Virus record (IMG/VR): IMGVR_UViG_3300045974_000132
Location: 1 to 64,000 of that record
Reading direction: 5' to 3' (one strand)
Length of the DNA: 64,000 bases
Below are positions 26,611 to 35,995 of the stretch, piece by piece; the stretch's first letter is position 1, and each line of letters begins with the position of its first letter. The notes under the pieces are model-generated. The model did no database searches. It was not told the origin of the DNA and saw nothing but the letters and a program-made list of their open reading frames with translations. Made by a program: the position numbers and the translations under genes.

Positions 26611-28320
26611 ATGGAAAAACGTTTACAGGATTTCATCCTAAGCGTTCAACAGTTAGCAGATGTTCGGAACCTGGACGTATTCAATCCGGTCGTATTCCAA
26701 ATGGAACATCCGATTACTGCGCTGCGCTATACAGTTGTTGGGGCAAAACAAGATCCTAGTTATATGGGAACACCCATAAACGTAACTTGGGTTGTACTTG
26801 ATCCAGCTGATCCTTACTACCTGAGTGCTTTAAAGCTTAAACTTACTCTTGATCCAGCTACTGCTACTACGAAGCCTGAAGTTACGGCTATCAATGCTTG
26901 GTGGCACGTAGTTCGCACCTATGACGAAATCTTCGCTGATCCACAATACTACGTCAACGTAGTCGGTGGTGTCGGTCCTGTTGGTCCTACAGGCCCTGCA
27001 GGCAGTGCAGGCCCAGCTGGTACCGTTGATCTGACAGCTTTCCTTAAGTTGGCTATGGGCCAACTAGGTCAGCTAGCGGGTACTCTTGAGATTCGTGGTG
27101 CCGATACGGTGGCCGCTGCGGGGGCTTCTGTGTATGAGCTATGGCTCACAGAACCTGTAATTGATGCTCAAGGTAATATCACACCTACTACGCGTCAAGT
27201 CTTTGGTCCGATCATTGTTCAAGCAGGTGCCGGTAACACGCTACCTTCAGGTACTGTGATTGATCTCAACGGTACGCTACATGCAGGTAGTTCAAACGTA
27301 GATGTGCCCGTTCAACTTACTGCTGAGTATCCTAGCTGGACACGTATTGTTCAGCAAACGAAGGCTGTAACTATTAGCAGCAAGACTGTTACAGGTATTG
27401 CTATTAACGGGGCTTCGAGTATCTATGCTGGCGCTTCTTCAGCTTATTCTGTTACTGCCACTTACAGCGATAACACTACTGCTACTGTTACACCGACCGG
27501 CTGGGCTGTCGATAACACGACTGCTGCTTCTATCTCTGCCGCTGGTACTTTAGCTGGTGCGAATCCGCTTACTCAAGATACTCCGGTTGTGCTGACAGCT
27601 ACTCTGGGTGGTTTAACAGCTACCAAGAATGTAACGGTTAAGCAACTAGTAGGTACTGTTCTGACGATTAACGGTGCTGCGGCTATTGCAGGCGGTACGT
27701 CTTCGTCTTACGGTGCAATTCTTACACTTAACAGCGGCGCTGCAATCAGTGTTACCCCTACTTGGTCTATGCTTGATGCTACGCACGGTCAGATCACAGC
27801 TGGTGGGGTATTAACTGCTGATAACACTAGCAACCTTCTGACTGTTCAAGCTTCTTACACGTTACCGGGTACTACAGTGCCTGTTACCGCTACGAAGGGT
27901 GTTAATGTGACTGCTGTTGTCGCTCCTGTCTATCCGTTCTACGGTGTAGGCCCTGTGCTTCCGCTGGATTGGCAAGCTTTCATCACAGCCCTTCCGTACC
28001 GTGGCCCTAACGGTAGCGTTAATGCTGAAGTATCTTTTGATGCTATCGGCCAAACGTCTTACATGTACTTTGCGTATCCGAAGTCTTACGGTAAAGCTCA
28101 GTTCTTCGACAAGCTTAGCCAGTTCTTCGGCGGCTGGGGTGGTGCAGGTAATAGCGGCCCTGGTCCTTCTGCTGCTTCTATTGCTGCTTCACTAGATGAA
28201 CCCTTTGAAACTACAGTCGTCATTAACGGTACTTCGTATCCGTTCTATGTGTATCGTTCTGAGTATGCAAATCTAGGTGTAGCTTCTTCTAATCAGTGGA
28301 CAGTTTCGCCTGCCCCTTAA
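26611..28320 (+). CDS. Virion structural protein with Ig-like (Big-2-type) repeats and a short collagen stretch
   Basis: [16 protein letters not shown]; VTGIAINGASSI..G.S..YS repeats; C-terminal FAYPKSYGKAQF domain. Confidence 0.75.
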   Translation: MEKRLQDFILSVQQLADVRNLDVFNPVVFQMEHPITALRYTVVGAKQDPSYMGTPINVTWVVLDPADPYYLSALKLKLTLDPATATTKPEVTAINAWWHVVRTYDEIFADPQYYVNVVGGVGPVGPTGPAGSAGPAGTVDLTAFLKLAMGQLGQLAGTLEIRGADTVAAAGASVYELWLTEPVIDAQGNITPTTRQVFGPIIVQAGAGNTLPSGTVIDLNGTLHAGSSNVDVPVQLTAEYPSWTRIVQQTKAVTISSKTVTGIAINGASSIYAGASSAYSVTATYSDNTTATVTPTGWAVDNTTAASISAAGTLAGANPLTQDTPVVLTATLGGLTATKNVTVKQLVGTVLTINGAAAIAGGTSSSYGAILTLNSGAAISVTPTWSMLDATHGQITAGGVLTADNTSNLLTVQASYTLPGTTVPVTATKGVNVTAVVAPVYPFYGVGPVLPLDWQAFITALPYRGPNGSVNAEVSFDAIGQTSYMYFAYPKSYGKAQFFDKLSQFFGGWGGAGNSGPGPSAASIAASLDEPFETTVVINGTSYPFYVYRSEYANLGVASSNQWTVSPAP

Positions 28321-28333
28321 TTGAGAGAACATC

Positions 28334-31219
28334 ATGCCTATTGCAATTGCCTCTTATTTCATCCCACGCGCAGGTAATAGCTACGCTCTGATGGAAGACG
28401 TATATATTAAGGGCGGCTTCCGTATCGTATCAGACGTTAATGCGCGTAACGCTATTGATGCGTCTGCTCTTAAAGAAGGTATGTGGGTTGTTACTCGTGT
28501 GGATGGTAAAGTCTATACACTAGGTAGCGATCTTGTAACATGGACTGAAAAGTCCTTTGCTGGTAATATTGGTCCTGTAGGTCCCACTGGCCTTCAAGGG
28601 GTTGCGGGTACTCAAGGCCTACCTGGCGTTGCTGGACCGATGGGACCTACTGGTTACACTGGTCAGCAAGGCTACACGGGTGCTCAAGGTAATACTGGGC
28701 CCGTCGGCCCCACTGGTACTACAGGAACTACTGGTAGCACTGGACCCGTCGGTCCTACAGGTGCTCAAGGGGCAACTGGTGCCAATGGTTATACTGGTCC
28801 CGTCGGGCCTACGGGTTCCGGCGGCCCTCAGGGGGCAACTGGTTCTCAGGGTGACTTAGGTCCGATTGGTCCCACAGGTAGTCAGGGTATCAAGGGTGAC
28901 ACTGGCTCAACAGGCAGTACTGGACCCGTCGGTCCTACTGGTATCCAAGGTGACTTAGGCCCTGTTGGACCTACTGGTCTTCAAGGCAGTACAGGCTTAA
29001 CGGGTTCTCCTGGAGATACAGGTCCTGTCGGTCCTACTGGCTTTCAGGGTGATACAGGTCCCGTTGGTCCTACTGGATTCCAAGGCGTCCAAGGCAATCT
29101 AGGGCCTGTCGGGCCTACTGGCCCACAGGGTGTTCAAGGTATCCAAGGTAATGCTGGTGTTGTCGGAGATACAGGTCCGATTGGTCCCACAGGTATCCAA
29201 GGTGAATTAGGTCCCGTTGGGCCTACTGGTACTCAGGGTATCAAGGGTGACTTAGGGGATGCTGGCCCTGTTGGTCCTACTGGCGCAACTGGTGCTAAGG
29301 GTGACTCAGGCACGGGTATAGTCTATCAAGGCATATGGGCTGCAGGTGAGTATGCTGCTGACTCTTCTGTTCTGGCCCCATCTAGTGCTAATCCTGCTGT
29401 AAACTCTATCTGGATTTTAGCTAGTGCAAGTTCATACAACTCTACCTTAGAGCCTTCTTCTGATCTTACTCATTGGGTTGAATATACTTCTGTTCAAGGC
29501 CCAGCTGGTGTAGACGGTGCACCTGGCGTTGCTGGTCCTGTAGGCCCTACAGGGGTTGCTGGATCTGTTGGCGCAACTGGTTCAACTGGACCCGTCGGTC
29601 CTACTGGTCTTCAAGGCTTAACAGGTCCCGTTGGTCCTACTGGAGCTATAGGTCTTCAAGGTGTCCAGGGTGTTCAAGGTATTGATGGTCCTGTCGGTCC
29701 TACTGGTAGTGAAGGTACTCAAGGTAGTACTGGCCCAATTGGACCTACGGGTACTCAAGGTGCAACAGGCAGCACTGGTAGTGTAGGGCCCGTCGGACCC
29801 ACCGGACAACAAGGTACTACAGGCCTAACCGGTCCTGTCGGTCCTACTGGTGTTCAAGGCAATATCGGTCTTACAGGAACTACTGGTGATACAGGCCCGA
29901 TCGGCCCGACAGGCCCACAGGGTGCCACTGGGCCTGCTGGCCCCACAGGAGTTCAGGGTAATACAGGTATCCAAGGTGTCGTCGGCCCCGTTGGGCCTAC
30001 TGGTGTTCAAGGCACTGCTGGTGATGTCGGTCCTGTTGGACCTACTGGTAGCATAGGTCTTACTGGACCAGTCGGACCCACAGGTGTTCAAGGCGTTGCA
30101 GGTACTGACGGCTTAACAGGTCCCGTTGGTCCTACTGGTACGCAAGGTAGTACGGGTGTTGCAGGGCCCGTTGGCCCAACAGGTGTTGCAGGATCCGCTG
30201 GCCCTGTGGGTCCCACAGGTGTTCAAGGTAGTACAGGGGTTACTGGTAGTGTCGGTCCTGTTGGACCTACTGGTAATGCTGGAGCAGCAGGCTCAACTGG
30301 CCCCGTAGGACCAACTGGCGTCGCAGGTAGCCTAGGTCCTGTAGGCCCAACAGGTAGTCAGGGTGTTGCAGGTACTACTGGAACTACAGGTAGTACTGGA
30401 CCAGTAGGCCCAACAGGCGTTGCTGGTTCAACTGGCCCTGTTGGACCTACTGGTCTTCAAGGCCTTGCTGGTAGTACTGGTCCCGTCGGCCCTACAGGCC
30501 TTCAAGGAACCACAGGTAATACGGGTGCCACTGGTAATACGGGGCCTGTAGGTCCTACTGGAAACACAGGTAGTATCGGTTTAACAGGTCCTGTAGGTCC
30601 CACTGGCACTCAAGGTGCTACGGGTACTACAGGTAGCGTTGGCCCCGCTGGACCTACAGGCCCACAGGGTACTTCTTCTTTGTGGCGTGAAGGTGCTGTT
30701 GTTCCTGCAAGCGGCTTAGGTGTTGACAACGATCTATACTTGAATACTGCAACTTCTGACGTATATCAGAAGCAATCAGGTGCTTGGGCATTGGTCGCAA
30801 ACATTAAGGGTGCTCAGGGTGCTAGTTATGATCCTAACACTACTATCTTGTCACTGCCCTACGACATTTCGATGTTCGTCTATGGTAACATGGATGCTGC
30901 TAGTACAACTGTTGCTGAGTTTGTTGCACCGCGTAAGATTTCGTTGAAACAGAACTTAACAGGAAGCTTGGCTTACGCGAAGTCTGCCCCGTCGAATTCT
31001 GTCTCATACGCAATCAATGTTAACGGTGTCAATAAGGGTAGCGTAAACTTCGGTATCGGTTCTACTATAGGTACTTTCACATGGGCAACAGGCTTAAACT
31101 TGCTAGTGGGTGATCTCCTTGAAATCGTTACTCCTGCTTCAGTAGAACCTGCTATCGCAAACGTAACAATTTGTTTAGTGGGTGTAGCACAAGCTCCTAA
31201 CACTGCCATGCTTCCTTAA
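28334..31219 (+). CDS. Collagen-like (Gly-X-Y) fibre protein
   Basis: Two long Gly-X-Y tracts (about 28562-29317 and 29498-30672) dominated by GPVGPTG, flanked by globular N- and C-terminal domains. Confidence 0.9.
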   Translation: MPIAIASYFIPRAGNSYALMEDVYIKGGFRIVSDVNARNAIDASALKEGMWVVTRVDGKVYTLGSDLVTWTEKSFAGNIGPVGPTGLQGVAGTQGLPGVAGPMGPTGYTGQQGYTGAQGNTGPVGPTGTTGTTGSTGPVGPTGAQGATGANGYTGPVGPTGSGGPQGATGSQGDLGPIGPTGSQGIKGDTGSTGSTGPVGPTGIQGDLGPVGPTGLQGSTGLTGSPGDTGPVGPTGFQGDTGPVGPTGFQGVQGNLGPVGPTGPQGVQGIQGNAGVVGDTGPIGPTGIQGELGPVGPTGTQGIKGDLGDAGPVGPTGATGAKGDSGTGIVYQGIWAAGEYAADSSVLAPSSANPAVNSIWILASASSYNSTLEPSSDLTHWVEYTSVQGPAGVDGAPGVAGPVGPTGVAGSVGATGSTGPVGPTGLQGLTGPVGPTGAIGLQGVQGVQGIDGPVGPTGSEGTQGSTGPIGPTGTQGATGSTGSVGPVGPTGQQGTTGLTGPVGPTGVQGNIGLTGTTGDTGPIGPTGPQGATGPAGPTGVQGNTGIQGVVGPVGPTGVQGTAGDVGPVGPTGSIGLTGPVGPTGVQGVAGTDGLTGPVGPTGTQGSTGVAGPVGPTGVAGSAGPVGPTGVQGSTGVTGSVGPVGPTGNAGAAGSTGPVGPTGVAGSLGPVGPTGSQGVAGTTGTTGSTGPVGPTGVAGSTGPVGPTGLQGLAGSTGPVGPTGLQGTTGNTGATGNTGPVGPTGNTGSIGLTGPVGPTGTQGATGTTGSVGPAGPTGPQGTSSLWREGAVVPASGLGVDNDLYLNTATSDVYQKQSGAWALVANIKGAQGASYDPNTTILSLPYDISMFVYGNMDAASTTVAEFVAPRKISLKQNLTGSLAYAKSAPSNSVSYAINVNGVNKGSVNFGIGSTIGTFTWATGLNLLVGDLLEIVTPASVEPAIANVTICLVGVAQAPNTAMLP

Positions 31220-31238
31220 CTTTGAGTAGGAGTATGTA

Positions 31239-31685
31239 ATGCCTATTCAAGTCTCCTCAAACCTAATCCCAAAGAGTGGTGCGAAGTGGCCTGTTGTAGA
31301 AGACGTATATATTAAAGGTGGTCTCCGTGTTGTTGCTGACGCAGCGGCACGGGACTCTATTTATTTAGACGCTACAGCAAAGCTAGGCTTGAAAAATGGT
31401 ATGTTGCTGGTGACTGCATCGGATAACAAGCTCTGGCAATATCAAGGTCTTGGTGTTTGGACGGCATTTAAAAGTTCCGCAACATATACGTTTCAAAAAG
31501 CTACTCCTGCTGCTGAGTGGGATATCGTACATAACTTGAATTCAACCTTTTTTACATACACAGTTTTTGATGCGGACGGTTATCAGATACTACCTTCTGA
31601 GTGTCATATTGTTGATGTTAATAATTTAGTAGTATATTTCTCTGCTCCAATAGCAGGTCATGCTACCTTTGTTTTCGACGTTTGA
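31239..31685 (+). CDS. Virion structural/fibre-associated protein
   Basis: [12 protein letters not shown]-terminal module plus W.I.HNL C-terminal module; AGGAG RBS. Confidence 0.7.
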   Translation: MPIQVSSNLIPKSGAKWPVVEDVYIKGGLRVVADAAARDSIYLDATAKLGLKNGMLLVTASDNKLWQYQGLGVWTAFKSSATYTFQKATPAAEWDIVHNLNSTFFTYTVFDADGYQILPSECHIVDVNNLVVYFSAPIAGHATFVFDV

Positions 31686-31735
31686 TTGTTTAATTGTTTA
31701 ATTTGTAGTAGGTAGTGAATACGGTGTTCAAACGG

Positions 31736-31764
31736 TTGACCACCTCTGGTTATAAAGATATAAC
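31736..31764 (+). promoter_or_regulatory. Sigma70-like promoter
   Basis: TTGACC (31736-41) - 17 nt - TATAAC (31759-64) in the 129-nt intergenic gap before 31815. Confidence 0.55.
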
Positions 31765-31814
31765 ACAATACAATATTTTATGTAATACTCATTTATCCCT
31801 AGGAGATATTTCAA

Positions 31815-33986
31815 ATGAGAAGTGTTGGCGATATTATCCTGGCTGGTTTCAGCCAGTTGAAGAATGCTCGTATCGAAAATCTAGCCTCTGATCCGTCGCA
31901 GCCCCAAGCTGGTCAGATTTGGTATAACACCACTGATGGTGTTTATCGTGGCTTTAACGGTACTGCTACCATTACTTTTGCAACGGGTGGCTCTACTGCT
32001 GTTCTGCTGCAAGAGATTGATGCTATTGAAACTTCTGTTGGCCTGGCTTCGGATGGCACGTATGTTGCTCCGAGCGGTTCGACTTATCTTGGCTCGGCTA
32101 CTTCGGTTGCTGATGCTGCTTCCAAGCTCGACACTGCTATCAAGTCTGCTTCTGATGCTGTCGCTGCTGAAACCACCCGTGCTACTGGTGTTGAATCGAC
32201 TCTGACTGCAAACCTGGCCGCGGAAGTTAGTCGTGCTGGTGCTGCCGAAGGTACTATCGCTTCTGATCTGGCCGCTGAAACCACCCGTGCTACTGGTGTT
32301 GAATCGACTCTGACTGCAAACCTGGCCGCGGAAGTTAGTCGTGCTGGTGCTGCCGAAGGTACGCTTACTGCTGCTGTTGCTGCTGAAGTTACCCGTGCCG
32401 GTGCTGCTGAAGCTTCTATCGCTGCTGATCTGGCTTCTGAAGTTACGCGTTCCGGCATTGCCGAAACGTCTATCGCTTCTGGCCTGGCTGCTGAAGTTAC
32501 TCGTGCAACTGCCGCCGAAGGTAGCGTTGCTGCTGCTCTCGCAGGTGAAGTTACACGCGCTACTGGTGTTGAATCGACTATCGCTGCCAACCTGGCTGCT
32601 GAAACGACTCGCGCTTCTGGCGTCGAAGCTGGTCTTGACACCCGTCTGGCCACTGTCGAAGGTGCTTTCATCAACAAGGACGGCTCTGTTGCTTTCACGG
32701 GTAACCAATCCCTGGGTGGCAATCTGCTGACCAACGTTGGTACTGCTGTTGCTAACGGTGATGCTGCCAACAAGCTGTACGTTGATACGAAGGTCGGCGC
32801 TCTGGGTGCTGCTTTCTCGTACATCGGTACGCTGGCTGGTGGTGTTGATGCTGGTACTGCTTTCGATCTGACTGGTGTTTCCTCAGTTGTTCCGGGTTCC
32901 TACTACAAGGTTACGACTGCTGGCTTCTTCATTCTGGCTCCTGGTGCTGCTTTCTACGCCAACGCTAATGACGGTCTGGTCTTCAACACGCTTGATGGTG
33001 TCGACATTATCGACAACACCAACTCGCAAGTTCAAGGTACTCTGAACTTCGTTACCGTTTCGGGTTCGTCTGATCTGGGTTACACTGTTGACCTGGATAC
33101 TACGTTCAAGGCTCGCGTTTCTACTGTTGAAACTGACCTGGCTGCTGAAGTTACTCGTGCAACTGCTGCTGAATCAACTCTGACTGCCAACCTGGCTTCG
33201 GAAGTTACTCGCGCTGGTGCTGCTGAAGGTACGATTGCTGCCAACCTGGCTGCTGAAATCACTCGTGCCGGTGGTGCAGAAACCTCCATCGCTGCTGACC
33301 TGGCCTCGGAAGTTACCCGTGCTGGTATCGCTGAAACTTCAATTGCTGCTTCGGTTGCTGCTGAAGTTACTCGCGCTGGTGCTGCTGAAGCTTCTGTTGC
33401 TGCTTCGGTTGCTGCTGAAACGACCCGTGCTACTACCGCAGAAGGCTCTATCGCTGCCGACCTAGCTGGTGAAGTTACGCGTGCTACTGGTGCTGAAGGT
33501 TCTATCTCGGCTGCTCTGTCTGACGAAACCACCCGCGCTACTGGTGCTGAAGGTTCGATCAGTGCTGCTCTGTCTGCTGAAGTCACCCGTGCTACTGGTG
33601 TAGAAGCTGGCCTGCAAACTGAACTGGACGCTGCTGAAGCTGCTGTTGGTCTGGCTGCCGATGGTTCGTTCGTTGCTTTCTCTGGCACCAACTACATCGA
33701 CACTGCTGCTACAGTAGTTGACGGTGAAGTTAAGCTGGATACGGCTCTGGCTGCGCTGGCTGCTCGTTTCGCTGGCTCTACGTTCGTTTACGATGGTTCG
33801 ACTGCTTCTGCTTCGCACACCGTTACGCACAACCTGGGTCAGAAGTACGCTCAAGTCACTGTTGTTGACAGCGCCGACAAGGTCATTCTTGCTGATGCTA
33901 TCACCTTCAACACTAACAATCAATTGACGGTTGACTTCAGTTCAGCTATCACTTGTAAGGTTATTGTTACTGCTGCTAAGGTCTAA
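31815..33986 (+). CDS. Coiled-coil fibre protein with 18-aa AAEVTRA.AAE repeats
   Basis: Two tracts of (L/V)AAE(V/T)TRA..(A/V)E repeats, GDAANKLYVDT motif, strong codon bias (GCT, CTG); AGGAG RBS. Confidence 0.85.
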   Translation: MRSVGDIILAGFSQLKNARIENLASDPSQPQAGQIWYNTTDGVYRGFNGTATITFATGGSTAVLLQEIDAIETSVGLASDGTYVAPSGSTYLGSATSVADAASKLDTAIKSASDAVAAETTRATGVESTLTANLAAEVSRAGAAEGTIASDLAAETTRATGVESTLTANLAAEVSRAGAAEGTLTAAVAAEVTRAGAAEASIAADLASEVTRSGIAETSIASGLAAEVTRATAAEGSVAAALAGEVTRATGVESTIAANLAAETTRASGVEAGLDTRLATVEGAFINKDGSVAFTGNQSLGGNLLTNVGTAVANGDAANKLYVDTKVGALGAAFSYIGTLAGGVDAGTAFDLTGVSSVVPGSYYKVTTAGFFILAPGAAFYANANDGLVFNTLDGVDIIDNTNSQVQGTLNFVTVSGSSDLGYTVDLDTTFKARVSTVETDLAAEVTRATAAESTLTANLASEVTRAGAAEGTIAANLAAEITRAGGAETSIAADLASEVTRAGIAETSIAASVAAEVTRAGAAEASVAASVAAETTRATTAEGSIAADLAGEVTRATGAEGSISAALSDETTRATGAEGSISAALSAEVTRATGVEAGLQTELDAAEAAVGLAADGSFVAFSGTNYIDTAATVVDGEVKLDTALAALAARFAGSTFVYDGSTASASHTVTHNLGQKYAQVTVVDSADKVILADAITFNTNNQLTVDFSSAITCKVIVTAAKV
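32166..32362 (+). repeat. 89-bp exact direct repeat (32166-32254 and 32274-32362; period 108 nt)
   Basis: GCTGAAACCACCCGTGCTACTGGTGTTGAATCG...GCCGAAGGTAC read identically twice. Confidence 0.85.
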
Positions 33987-34010
33987 GTCATTTAGGTACT
34001 TATAAGCATG

Positions 34011-34044
34011 AAAGGAGGGTAGCAGGAATGTTATCCTCCTTTTT
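34011..34044 (+). terminator. Intrinsic terminator
   Basis: AAAGGAGGGTAGCA-GGAA-TGTTATCCTCCTTT 14-bp stem with T tail. Confidence 0.8.
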
Positions 34045-34067
34045 CTTAATATACTGAGGCGATAGTC

Positions 34068-34676
34068 ATGGATGTTATTGGCAATTTAGACTTTAAAGGC
34101 ATGGGCGGTAAGCTAAAGCGTGCTGTTTTAGCAAGCGGTGATTTTCCACTTAATCCCTCTGAAGGTGAGTTCTTATTTAAGGATCAACGCGTGTTTCTTT
34201 GCGTTAAGATTCTTAACGGTCTGCCCTTTTGGATTCCACTGACTCAAGTTCTTAACACCGTTCGTTTCGACCAAGCAACTCCGGCTCTCGAATGGTCTAT
34301 CAACCATAATCTAGGTGTCAATCTTGGTCTTGTCCAAGTATATGATGCTAGTGGTAAACAAATTCTTCCTGAAGATATTGATTGCAGCCAGAAAGACACT
34401 GCACTGATAGTCTTCAATGTTCCTACAGCAGGTAGTGCTGTAATCATGTACGGTGATGCTCTAGTAGGCGGTGATCGTCCGGTCACTGCATATGAGCAAT
34501 CCTATACTTCTGCTTCGACTACGTGGGTTGTTGCACACGGTCTAGGTTACTATCCCGCGATCACTTGCATCGTAGACAACTATGTTGTTCAGCCAGAAGC
34601 TGTCGTTAATGATAGCGTGATGCAAACAACTATTACGTTCTCTACCGCGCAGGTTGGTTCTGTTCGTTGCGTCTAA
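34068..34676 (+). CDS. Virion structural protein with two W.I.H.L modules
   Basis: EWSINHNLG and TWVVAHGLG modules; GAGG RBS. Confidence 0.7.
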   Translation: MDVIGNLDFKGMGGKLKRAVLASGDFPLNPSEGEFLFKDQRVFLCVKILNGLPFWIPLTQVLNTVRFDQATPALEWSINHNLGVNLGLVQVYDASGKQILPEDIDCSQKDTALIVFNVPTAGSAVIMYGDALVGGDRPVTAYEQSYTSASTTWVVAHGLGYYPAITCIVDNYVVQPEAVVNDSVMQTTITFSTAQVGSVRCV

Positions 34677-34690
34677 AGGAGGTATCTAAC

Positions 34691-34912
34691 ATGCCTCGCT
34701 TATTTGCCAGCAACATGCAGTTTGACCAAACTGAAGCTGCCTCTACCTGGACTATCAATCACGGGCTAAACTGTAAGCCTGTTGTAGCAGTCTATGTAAA
34801 CTACGAAAATAAACTTCAAGAAATTCTTCCGGGTAGCATTGAGTATCCGTCTGACTCACAAGTTGTGATTCGGTTTTCGCAACCGTTCTCAGGTGTTGCA
34901 CGTTTAGTTTAA
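34691..34912 (+). CDS. Single W.I.H.L-module protein
   Basis: ATG 34691 with AAGGAGG RBS, preferred over 34667; TWTINHGLN. Confidence 0.7.
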   Translation: MPRLFASNMQFDQTEAASTWTINHGLNCKPVVAVYVNYENKLQEILPGSIEYPSDSQVVIRFSQPFSGVARLV

Positions 34913-34929
34913 ACGCAAAGGGGTTTATA

Positions 34930-35343
34930 ATGGGGTTTCAATCTGTTCAAATTCGTTACCGTACAAAGCCTGCAGCGGTTCCTTCGATTGCACCTTATTA
35001 TGGCATGAGTACCCTTGCGCTGCCTACAGAGTCAATGATCTTGAATCTATCAGGTCGCGGCCCTACAGCAGGTATAATTGATACAACATTTACGTTGAAT
35101 GCTACTGTCGGTCAAGGCTTGTACCAATGGTTTGCATATCCCGCTGCTTACGGAACTGCTCAATTCTTGGACACCGACTCTAACTTCTACGGTGGTTGGG
35201 ATGGCGCCCACGATGATCCTCAAAACATATATGGGCCTACTTCTGTCGATGTTCATGTAGGCGGAAACCTAATTCCGTTCTATGTGTATCGTACAGACTA
35301 TCCAGATTTAGGCACCTGCCACTGGAAGTCCAGTCAAGGCTGA
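34930..35343 (+). CDS. Virion structural protein, paralog of the C-terminal domain of 26611-28320
   Basis: PYYG...WFAYPAAYGTAQF...FYGGWDGA...PFYVYRTDY. Confidence 0.7.
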   Translation: MGFQSVQIRYRTKPAAVPSIAPYYGMSTLALPTESMILNLSGRGPTAGIIDTTFTLNATVGQGLYQWFAYPAAYGTAQFLDTDSNFYGGWDGAHDDPQNIYGPTSVDVHVGGNLIPFYVYRTDYPDLGTCHWKSSQG

Positions 35344-35356
35344 TAGGTAGACTACA

Positions 35357-35986
35357 ATGCCCATTAATTTAGCTTCGTTCATACAACCTAGAAACGCTAC
35401 TAATCCAGATCCTGCTTTAAGAAATACCTACTACTTGTTAGAAGATATTTATGTCAAAGGTGGCTATCAAGTTCGCACTAATATTGCTGAACGGGATGCG
35501 ATAAACCCTTTGAATGTTAAAGAAGGCATGCTTGTATATACCCAAGCTGATAAGAAACTTTGGATTCTTGGTAACGATTTACACACATGGTCTGAATTTA
35601 AAACAGGTGGTAGTGCACCTGCTAGAACATCAATAACACATACAACAGATTCCTTATCACCTAATGGCTTTGTAGACTTTACGCTTCCGTTAGGCAGTAC
35701 TGTTTTAATTGAGAGTTTATCCGTAGATAAGCCTATTACAGTAGAAGCTTTCGATAGTCCTGCTCGCAACAATTCAAATCCTTACAAATTTATTGCCACT
35801 GCTAGTCACTTAGCTGATGACGGATCTACACTCATGTCAGACGGTAGCGTAGTTAAAGGTAGACGTTATTCGATCTTAGCAAACGGTGAAAGCCCTTTGA
35901 CTAATCTGATTTACTTTAGGATTACGAATAGTAGTCCTGTCGCAACTGCTGTAATCCTAAACATTTCATATTTACCGTTAGAATAA
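35357..35986 (+). CDS. Virion structural protein with MPI..ED.Y.KGG module
   Basis: MPINLASFIQPR...LLEDIYVKGGYQV...KEGMLVY. Confidence 0.7.
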   Translation: MPINLASFIQPRNATNPDPALRNTYYLLEDIYVKGGYQVRTNIAERDAINPLNVKEGMLVYTQADKKLWILGNDLHTWSEFKTGGSAPARTSITHTTDSLSPNGFVDFTLPLGSTVLIESLSVDKPITVEAFDSPARNNSNPYKFIATASHLADDGSTLMSDGSVVKGRRYSILANGESPLTNLIYFRITNSSPVATAVILNISYLPLE

Positions 35987-35995
35987 GGAGTAGTT

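Noticed and set aside
28562-30672. Regularly recurring GGTCCTACTGG-like nucleotide repeats suggesting a CRISPR array or satellite
   Set aside because: They encode GPVGPTG of the collagen ORF, vary at third positions and have no unique spacers; no cas genes are present.
31881-33923. Long antisense ORFs (31881-32708, 32084-32824, 33080-33691, 33462-33923)
   Set aside because: Shadows of the Ala-rich, codon-biased repeat gene on the + strand; low-complexity translations and no RBS support.
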